This document shows positions 57,504 through 64,000 of a DNA stretch of 64,000 bases, piece after piece. Source of the stretch: Planctomycetota bacterium (lineage in GTDB: Bacteria; Planctomycetota; B15-G4); assembly GCA_965248575.1 (NCBI GenBank), contig CBDFJQ010000002.1:2400001-2464000 (forward strand). The letters are read 5' to 3'. The notes beneath the pieces are model-generated. The model was not told the DNA's origin, searched no databases, and saw only the letters and a list, made by a program, of their open reading frames with translations. The position numbers and the translations under genes were made by a program. The first letter of the stretch is position 1. Each line of letters starts with the position of its first letter.

Positions 57504-58868
57504 ATGCGCCCATTCATCAGACGGACTCTCAGCTCCTCGCTCGTCGGCCTGGCCATGGCCTGCGGCCTCGGCGCACAGCAAGCAGTGGTGGCCCCGGCAA
57601 AGCCGTCACCCAGCGGCACCTTTCTCGTGCTGTCCGACGTGCACCTGCACGGCTCCCTCGACCAGGACAACATCGGCTTGAACACCGCCGACTCCGGTGC
57701 CGACCTGTGGCTGACAGCGCTCACGAAGCTCGACGACATGCTCACCTCGTCCGCGGGCCCGCGCCCCGACTTCGTGGTGCTGCTGGGAGACCTCCCGTGG
57801 CACGCCTATGTGGGCAGCAGCACGCAGCTCGGCAGCGCCCGAACGAACACGGGTAACGTCTTGAAAGCCCTGCGGCAGAAGGCTGACGCGGCTGGCATCC
57901 CACTGCTCTACACCACGGGCAACAACGACTCCTGGAGCGGCGACTACCGGGCCTTCACGGCCCCCAACAAGCGGACGCCCTTCGACCAAGACGTCGGCCA
58001 CTCTGGCGACTGGCCGGTGATTGAGGGAGGCGACTGCAACACGACCCCCGCGCCCAAGGCCTGCATCGCGAATGACAAGCGCATGGAACTGGGCTGCTAT
58101 TCGGTCTACCCCCTCGGCGCCAATACGAAGTTGCGGGTCGTCCTCTTGAACACGGTCATGTTCAACAAGGACACCGACAACTCGCACAGCACCTACTACT
58201 ACGGGGAAGACCAATTCGGGGCGGGACACCTGCAACATGAAGACACGGAACACCAGATGGAGTGGTTTGAAGGGGAGCTGAAGGATGCCAAGAGCAAGGG
58301 AGAGTCCGTTCTGATCGGCATGCACATCCCACCGGGCCGGGACGGCTACCAGCGCGGCTCAGCGCCGAGCTACTTCTGGGACAGCCAGCTCGACTACAAC
58401 GGTGTCCAGGTCCAGAACGCCTTCCTCGACCTCGTCGAGACCTACGAGCCGCAAATCATCGGTGTGCTCTCGAGCCACACCCACATGGACGGCGTGCGCA
58501 AGCTCTATGGCTCGCAGGGCTTCACGGACTTGGTGATCTCCGTGGCCGGCATCACCCCCGGGCACGGCAACAACCCCGCCATGAAAACCATCACCTACGA
58601 CACCACGGGCAGCTTCGAGCTGCTCGACTTCGAGACGAGCTACATGCCGTACTGGAACAACCACCACACCGTGCAAGCCTCCTGGGGCTCAGACAGCTTC
58701 CGCTTCAGCACGGTCTACAGCTGCCCGCCAGGCACGACCATGAAGGACTGGATCGGCGCCATGGACAACGCCAGCCTGCTGAAGCACACGACGCACATCT
58801 ACAAGGCCTACGGCAACACGGCCAGCTCAGCGGATGTCCAACGCACCCTGGAAGTTCGCGCGCGCTGA
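57504..58868 (+). CDS. Secreted calcineurin-like metallophosphoesterase, acid-sphingomyelinase/SMPDL3-like
   Basis: Signal peptide; motifs 'SDVHLH', 'LGDLPWH', 'GNNDS', 'GMHIPPG', 'SHTHMD', 'ITPGHGNNP'. Confidence 0.85.
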   Translation: MRPFIRRTLSSSLVGLAMACGLGAQQAVVAPAKPSPSGTFLVLSDVHLHGSLDQDNIGLNTADSGADLWLTALTKLDDMLTSSAGPRPDFVVLLGDLPWHAYVGSSTQLGSARTNTGNVLKALRQKADAAGIPLLYTTGNNDSWSGDYRAFTAPNKRTPFDQDVGHSGDWPVIEGGDCNTTPAPKACIANDKRMELGCYSVYPLGANTKLRVVLLNTVMFNKDTDNSHSTYYYGEDQFGAGHLQHEDTEHQMEWFEGELKDAKSKGESVLIGMHIPPGRDGYQRGSAPSYFWDSQLDYNGVQVQNAFLDLVETYEPQIIGVLSSHTHMDGVRKLYGSQGFTDLVISVAGITPGHGNNPAMKTITYDTTGSFELLDFETSYMPYWNNHHTVQASWGSDSFRFSTVYSCPPGTTMKDWIGAMDNASLLKHTTHIYKAYGNTASSADVQRTLEVRAR

Positions 58869-58954
58869 GAGCTGCCTCCGAACGTCAAAACCGGTAGCGT
58901 GTGCGTCGCGGCCGCCCGGAGGCCCGCCCGAAGACCCCGGTCGCGATACACACC

Positions 58955-59410
58955 GTGCTTGAACTCTATGTCGACGCCGACAGCTGCCCCGTCAAGGACG
59001 AGATCTACCGGGTCGCCTACCGCTACGCCCTAACTGTGCACGTAGTGGCCAACCAGTCCGTGCATGTTCCTGCCAGCGACAGCTTCCACTTCGTCTTGGT
59101 CGGCGACCGCTTTGACGAAGCGGACGATTGGATCGCTGAGCGCTCCAGCGAGGGCGACATCGTCATCACGGCGGACATCCTGCTCGCCGCGCGCTGCCTC
59201 GAGAACAAGGCCCGGGTGCTCGGCCCGCGCGGCCGGGTCTTCAAGGATGAGAGCATCGGAGAAGCCATCGCTGCCCGGGAGGCCCAGGCCTACATGCGGG
59301 AGATGGGCATCCAAGCCGGTGGCCCCCCGCCCATGCAGGAAAAGGACCGCTCCAAGTTCCTCATGAGCCTCGACCAGGTGGTCCAGCAGGTGCGTCGCAA
59401 GGGCAGCTAG
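58955..59410 (+). CDS. yaiI: YaiI/YqxD (UPF0178) family protein
   Basis: 'LYVDADSCPVKDEIYRVA', 'DEADDWI', 'DIVITADILLA', 'GGPPP', 'DRSKF'. GTG start at 58955. Confidence 0.92.
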   Translation: MLELYVDADSCPVKDEIYRVAYRYALTVHVVANQSVHVPASDSFHFVLVGDRFDEADDWIAERSSEGDIVITADILLAARCLENKARVLGPRGRVFKDESIGEAIAAREAQAYMREMGIQAGGPPPMQEKDRSKFLMSLDQVVQQVRRKGS

Positions 59411-59979
59411 CGCTGGGCGTCCCGCACGGACGCACAGCGTGCTTGGAGTTTCTCGGCGAGGGCAGCCTCCGGCTTCGTGAAGGCCGAGTAGAACGTCTCA
59501 CCGTCCCGGGCGAGAACGCGCAGCTCAGAGCCCCCGTCCGCGGGGCGAAAGCCAAGGAGCAGGTGCGTCACCGACAGCTCGGCTCGGGCCCGGGTGCTCA
59601 TCGGCACGCTCTCAGGGAAGACCAGCTCCAGGCTGACTTCCGACTCGCGTGCCGCCCGCCAATCGGACGGCGTCAGCAGCCGACGCTCCCGATCGGTGCA
59701 ACTCTCAAAGAGCGCTCGCAGGTCACTTCTCAAAACCTGGGCGTCCACCTCACCGAGAGCCTGGGCCAGGCCGGACCGTCGCAGCTGCACCTCTGGCTCG
59801 AGGGACGGCACGATGTCCGGCGCGACCTCCGCGGAGTCAGATAGTAGCGCCGGAACGGTCACGCTGCTCGGAACAGCCGGGGCCTCAGCCTGCGCCTCAA
59901 CCGGTCGAGAAGACTCACCGCGGCATGCGAGCTGCCCTGCGCAAAGCGTCAGGGCGAGCCCGCACAGCAGCCGACTCAC
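59407..59979 (-). CDS. Hypothetical lipoprotein
   Basis: Lipobox 'CAGQLA|C'; GTG start overlaps the upstream TGA (GTGA at 59976-59979). Confidence 0.65.
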   Translation of the reverse strand: MSRLLCGLALTLCAGQLACRGESSRPVEAQAEAPAVPSSVTVPALLSDSAEVAPDIVPSLEPEVQLRRSGLAQALGEVDAQVLRSDLRALFESCTDRERRLLTPSDWRAARESEVSLELVFPESVPMSTRARAELSVTHLLLGFRPADGGSELRVLARDGETFYSAFTKPEAALAEKLQARCASVRDAQR

Positions 59980-62816
59980 GGATTACCCGACATGATGATC
60001 TCGATCTGGTCGATGCCGATGGCCGTGTCGTAGATGCTGTCGCCCACGTCACCGGCCATGAAGTCGATGCGGACACGCTTGCCGGCCAAGGCCGGGGGAA
60101 TGGAGACGGCTTTGGACTGCCAACCCGTCGTCCAGACATCGCCCTGATCGAAGCTGGCGCTGACAGGAAACAGGTTGTGGTTCACGTAATCCCCATTGCC
60201 GTTCGGTGGCCCACAGAGGTCATCCACGAAGGTCTTGAAGAGCAAGGTCGTCCCACCGCCACCATCCAGGTCCGTGATCGTCACGTCGAAGGTGTCCTGG
60301 AAGATCGACCCGCAGAACTCGAGGAACTCCTCAGAGAAGAAGATCCAGTCGAAGATCATGGTCTCCGCGTCGTCCGGCAGACAGAGGGTCTGGCTGAAGG
60401 ATCCGCTGGTCGTGGTGAAGCCCAAGCCGGTGGAGATGATGCCCATCAACTTGCCTTCCGTCGGCGAGTAGCCCGCCAAGGCCGGTACCGCTCGCGCATC
60501 ACCCGCCCCTTCCCACACGACTGCACCGTCTTCGAAGCCGCCGTTGTGCAGCTCCTTGGCGCCCAGCTGCACCGTCTTGTCGCCGAACAGCAGGAAGGCC
60601 GCGGGGTCGTTGTCCACCTCGACCTGCCCTGGCGTGAAGGAGTCATCCAGGGTGTTGCCGGCCATGAGCAACTTGTTGAGCAGCGGTGGTCCGTTCGCCT
60701 TGCAGAAGGAGACGGCCACGTAGTCGCTGTAGCTCAGGAAGGCCGCCGCGCCCGTTGCGAAGAAGGCGTTGGCCAAGGTCGCGTTGAAGGCGCCACGACA
60801 GATGCTCGTGTAGATGATGGAGTTGGGCATCTTGCCCGAGTAGGTCTTGAAGAAGCTCGGCGTCATGCCGTAGTTGCCGTACCAGAACACCATGCGCCCC
60901 TTGCGCAGGTCGTTCTCGTAGAGCTTCGTGAGCGCCTTGGTGACACCCATGTTGCTGTGCACCACCACCTGGCTCGACGCGCCAGCGAACCCGAAGATCG
61001 CCTTCCAGGGCTTTGACAGGAACTGATAGAAGGAGTCGCCGTGGCTGCTGATCAAGACCATGCCGTAGTCGGCCAGGTTCTTGAAGTCCTCCACGCTGCC
61101 GGAGCCCTTCGAGTTGTACTTGATGTAGTCCACCTCGAAGCAGTCGTCGTCGATGAGCGTCTGGGCCATGACGGGAATGTCGTCGTTCGCACCCCAATCG
61201 AAGAACTGCGCTGCGATGGCCTTGACCTTGTTGCTACGCACGAGGTTCTTGGTGCTCCCGGCGATGGCGCCGCCCTCGGGCAAGCCCTGCCAGTCCAGGA
61301 TGGCTTGAGCCAGCGGTGTCGAGGACGTCAGCGTCGTCAACGACGATGCAAAGGCGTCGTACGGTGGGTCGTCCACCGAGCGACCGGCCACTCCACTCAG
61401 GCCGACGTCTTCTGCGTCGTCCTGGAGCCCCGCAACCCGTCCGCCCACTCCGCCGGGCGGTGCGAGTTGTGAAGAGGCTGGGCCGCCACCCTTGGTGCCG
61501 TCCTCCCAGGTGTAGAGCAAGCCCGAGACACCGCAGGAGTACAGCACCCACAGCCCGCGGCCGTCATCGCTGTAGCCCACCTCGGCCACGGCCGGGTCCG
61601 CGAGCAGGTCGGCCTCCACCTGGGCCAGGACGGCCGGCAACATGCCGTCGATCACTGCCTGGTCGATATCCGCCTGGAAGTCCGTCTGGAGCGCCATGAT
61701 CGTGTCGATCTCGTCGTCGGATAGGTGCTCGCTGATCAGGACCGACACGGCCTCGGACAGGACATCGGGTGCCTTGCCCAGGCGGCCCACGCGCACGAGG
61801 TACTGCTCCAGGCCCTCGTCGCCGGGCATCGGCGTCAGGAAGAAGCGCGCCGAGAAGATGCCATCGGCTTCGATCTCATCGCCGTTGTTCGCGAGGATGC
61901 CATCGTCGAAGAGTTCCGAGACCAGGACCTCCTGGCCGTCCACGATCTTCACGAGCGAGACGTCGTCGGGGTCCGTCGCCCCATCGCCGAGGGCGATGGT
62001 CACCACGAGCTCCACGATGTCCCCCACGTAGAGCACGTCCGGCGTGATGATGAGCCCACCTCCGAAGTTGTATTCGAAGAAGGTCGTCTTCTTGAACTTG
62101 GGCGTGAGCACCTTGGCGACGACGATCAGGTCGCCCGCGGGCCCATCGTTCTCGACATCCAGCTCGTAGACGCCGAACATCGTCAGCGGCACCTTCTTGA
62201 GCAGGGTCTTCGTGCCCTTCTGCTTCATGTAGGGCGTGAGATCGACGGGGTTGCCGATCGGGTCACGCAGCACTGGCATGCCCGGGACTGCGGGCGACTT
62301 CTTGCCGGGCTTGACGGTGGCGTTCAGGAAGGACCCCGCCTTGACGGCCAGCTTCACCCGCAGGGAATCAGGATCAAGGTCGGGCGCGGGAGCGGCAGCC
62401 GGCTTCTTGAGGGTCTTGTCGATCTTGCTCTTGCTGATCAGCTTGTAGCCGCCGGTCGCGCCATCGACACCCGTCACGGCAAGTGTGTAGGAGCCCGTCT
62501 CCGGCAGGACGATCTGCTTGAGTTTGGCTTTCTTGCCCTTGATGGGTTCATTGGACGCGATCATCAGCGCCGGGCCGCCGTCACCATCCTCGAGGAAGAG
62601 AGCCACGCGCGGAATCAGCTTCGACTTCTTGGCCGGCCCCACGGTGACGCTGACCTTTTCGCCTGCGAGCCCCTTGAACTCGAGCACGTCGACATCCAGA
62701 GCAGAATCGATGCTCCCTTCAAAGCGATCACCCAGCTGGATGGTTGAGTCGACGCTCTGGGCACGACCGAGGCTGCTGAGCAGCACGACGAGCAGACACG
62801 TGGCGAAAGTCTTCAT
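59976..62816 (-). CDS. Large secreted multidomain protein: Lys-rich PPC-like domains, choice-of-anchor X-like motif, putative clan CD-like peptidase domain, choice-of-anchor L-like C-terminus
   Basis: Signal peptide MKTFATCLLVVLLSSLGRA; 'LPETGSYTLAV'; 'LFDDG...GDEIEADGIFS'; 'VLISSHG' and 'IIYTSICRG...LANAFFATGAAAFLSY'; 'FDWIFFSEEFLEFCGSIFQDTF...GDVGDSIYDTAIGID'. Confidence 0.75.
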   Translation of the reverse strand: MKTFATCLLVVLLSSLGRAQSVDSTIQLGDRFEGSIDSALDVDVLEFKGLAGEKVSVTVGPAKKSKLIPRVALFLEDGDGGPALMIASNEPIKGKKAKLKQIVLPETGSYTLAVTGVDGATGGYKLISKSKIDKTLKKPAAAPAPDLDPDSLRVKLAVKAGSFLNATVKPGKKSPAVPGMPVLRDPIGNPVDLTPYMKQKGTKTLLKKVPLTMFGVYELDVENDGPAGDLIVVAKVLTPKFKKTTFFEYNFGGGLIITPDVLYVGDIVELVVTIALGDGATDPDDVSLVKIVDGQEVLVSELFDDGILANNGDEIEADGIFSARFFLTPMPGDEGLEQYLVRVGRLGKAPDVLSEAVSVLISEHLSDDEIDTIMALQTDFQADIDQAVIDGMLPAVLAQVEADLLADPAVAEVGYSDDGRGLWVLYSCGVSGLLYTWEDGTKGGGPASSQLAPPGGVGGRVAGLQDDAEDVGLSGVAGRSVDDPPYDAFASSLTTLTSSTPLAQAILDWQGLPEGGAIAGSTKNLVRSNKVKAIAAQFFDWGANDDIPVMAQTLIDDDCFEVDYIKYNSKGSGSVEDFKNLADYGMVLISSHGDSFYQFLSKPWKAIFGFAGASSQVVVHSNMGVTKALTKLYENDLRKGRMVFWYGNYGMTPSFFKTYSGKMPNSIIYTSICRGAFNATLANAFFATGAAAFLSYSDYVAVSFCKANGPPLLNKLLMAGNTLDDSFTPGQVEVDNDPAAFLLFGDKTVQLGAKELHNGGFEDGAVVWEGAGDARAVPALAGYSPTEGKLMGIISTGLGFTTTSGSFSQTLCLPDDAETMIFDWIFFSEEFLEFCGSIFQDTFDVTITDLDGGGGTTLLFKTFVDDLCGPPNGNGDYVNHNLFPVSASFDQGDVWTTGWQSKAVSIPPALAGKRVRIDFMAGDVGDSIYDTAIGIDQIEIIMSGNP

Positions 62817-63136
62817 GGGAGGGAACTCCAAGAGTCAGCGCCGAGCCGCTGCGTGGGCCCGTCGCGCATGCCGTCGTACGAAAGAAAGGGGGCGTGCCAC
62901 GGCAAACGACAGCCCACCTCTTGCCAGTCGATGGTTCCGGTCCGGAGACCTGGAACTCAAAGTGTACTGCGGAATACGCGACGTGCTGGTCCACCGCCCC
63001 GGAGTTCACGTCTTCCGCTGCGGTGCTCGGGTCGAGCCCGGATGACGCCAACGGCCTCCCCAGCCGGTAGAGTGCCCAATAGACCGAATTCGGCCTCTCA
63101 GGCCGGTCTTCCCCTGTCCGCCCCTGGGCAACGGAC

Positions 63137-64000
63137 GTGAGCGAGCAGTCCCGCACCTCCGCACTTCTTCTGCTGGTCCTGCTCCTCTTGGCAGGGGTCT
63201 TGAAGGCCGACTATCTGGCCGCCCATGAGGCGCAGGAACCGCTCCATTTCGCACCCTACGGCGACTCTGTGGTCTGGCTGGACGAGGTGCAGAGGGCCTT
63301 CGGGCAGGGGGGCGACCGGGGAGCGTTCTACAAGCCACCGCTCTACACCGTGCTGCTTGCCCAGCTGGGCGCGCAGGTCGAGGGCGCTGGGCGGCAAGCC
63401 GTGCGTTGGGGGCAGCTGGGCCTGGGGCTCGGCATCCTCACCCTCGTCTTCCTCTGGGCGCAGTCGTTGGCTGCCAGCCGTTCCGGGCGTGGACACCTCG
63501 CCGGCACCCTCGCCTTCCTGGCGCTGCTCTTCTATGCACCCATGAGCTTCCAGGAGACGAAGCTGTTGGACAGCTTGCTGGGGCTCTTCCTCGCCTTGCT
63601 GTCCTGCTTCCTCCTGTGGCGAGCGGAACGCGCCGCACTGGGTCGCAACGCCTTGCTCGGCATCGGTGTGCTCTTTGGCCTGGCGGGCCTCGCGCGCACG
63701 GCCAACCTGTTGCTGGTGCCAGCCTTCGCCTTGGTCCTGTTCGCGCAAGGCCGGCGCGGACCCGCCGCGGCGCTTCTGCTTGGCTGCGTGCTGGCCATCA
63801 CACCCGTCGGCCTGCACAACGTCCGGGCGTGCGGCGAGCTGCTGCCCATCAACTACAGCGAAGGGCACACCTTCCTCGTGGGCAACAACGAGAACTCCCG
63901 GGGCATCTACACCCTCCCCCCTGGCTACCCCGACGGCGTGCTCAACGAACGGCTCGTGGAGCAGGGGATGGCCCGACAGGCGCTGGGCCATCTGCCGTCA
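63137..64000 (+). CDS. GT-C / glycosyltransferase family 39-like membrane protein, 3'-partial (absent from the ORF track because there is no stop in the window)
   Basis: GTG 63137 begins MSEQSRTSALLLLVLLLLAGVLKADYL...GDS...FYKPPLY...LFYAPMSFQE...GLAGLARTANLLL...LHNVRACGE...GHTFLVGNN; open to the window end. Confidence 0.8.
   Translation, partial: MSEQSRTSALLLLVLLLLAGVLKADYLAAHEAQEPLHFAPYGDSVVWLDEVQRAFGQGGDRGAFYKPPLYTVLLAQLGAQVEGAGRQAVRWGQLGLGLGILTLVFLWAQSLAASRSGRGHLAGTLAFLALLFYAPMSFQETKLLDSLLGLFLALLSCFLLWRAERAALGRNALLGIGVLFGLAGLARTANLLLVPAFALVLFAQGRRGPAAALLLGCVLAITPVGLHNVRACGELLPINYSEGHTFLVGNNENSRGIYTLPPGYPDGVLNERLVEQGMARQALGHLPS

Noticed and set aside
63098..63991. 297-aa minus-strand ORF at the window end
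   Set aside because: Shadow of the plus-strand GT-C gene starting at 63137, which the track missed because it runs off the window.
1..64000. rRNA, tRNA, CRISPR arrays, IS elements, integrases, prophage genes
   Set aside because: None recognised by eye. Small structured RNAs cannot be excluded without tRNAscan-SE or Infernal.

Overview
GC-rich (about two-thirds G+C by eye), densely coding bacterial DNA with about 45 CDSs. I found no rRNA, tRNA, CRISPR array, integrase or transposase. The gene content points to Planctomycetota, probably an uncultured lineage (inference). Supporting markers are a DUF1549/DUF1553 cytochrome c + DUF1501 cluster, a DUF1800-DUF1501 pair, a planctomycete-type ECF sigma factor next to a Ser/Thr kinase, a secreted HEAT-repeat protein and many orphan secreted proteins. 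The best candidate for an undescribed system is at 3.5-10.7 kb: a membrane Ser/Thr kinase with an extracytoplasmic DUF4384-like domain, an ECF sigma factor with a phosphorylatable DSGD motif and an orphan protein with an internal duplication, all converging on a signal-peptide-bearing TPR-CHAT (caspase-like) protease. The kinase ectodomain (VERGSS) and an unusual loop in the protease tail (TVRGGSL, TVERGGSL) share a short Arg-Gly motif, which suggests a protease -> kinase -> sigma envelope-signalling cascade. Other highlights are a DUF2231-cytochrome c-LRR-YHS-NHL fusion protein, a candidate H-NS/Rok-like nucleoid protein (coiled coil + AT-hook-like linker + winged helix), a second cryptic secreted clan CD-like peptidase, an animal-type heme peroxidase, a G13 tract upstream of a secreted-protein gene, and clear ArsR and TetR operators. 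All family assignments come from recognising motifs by eye; no database searches were run.
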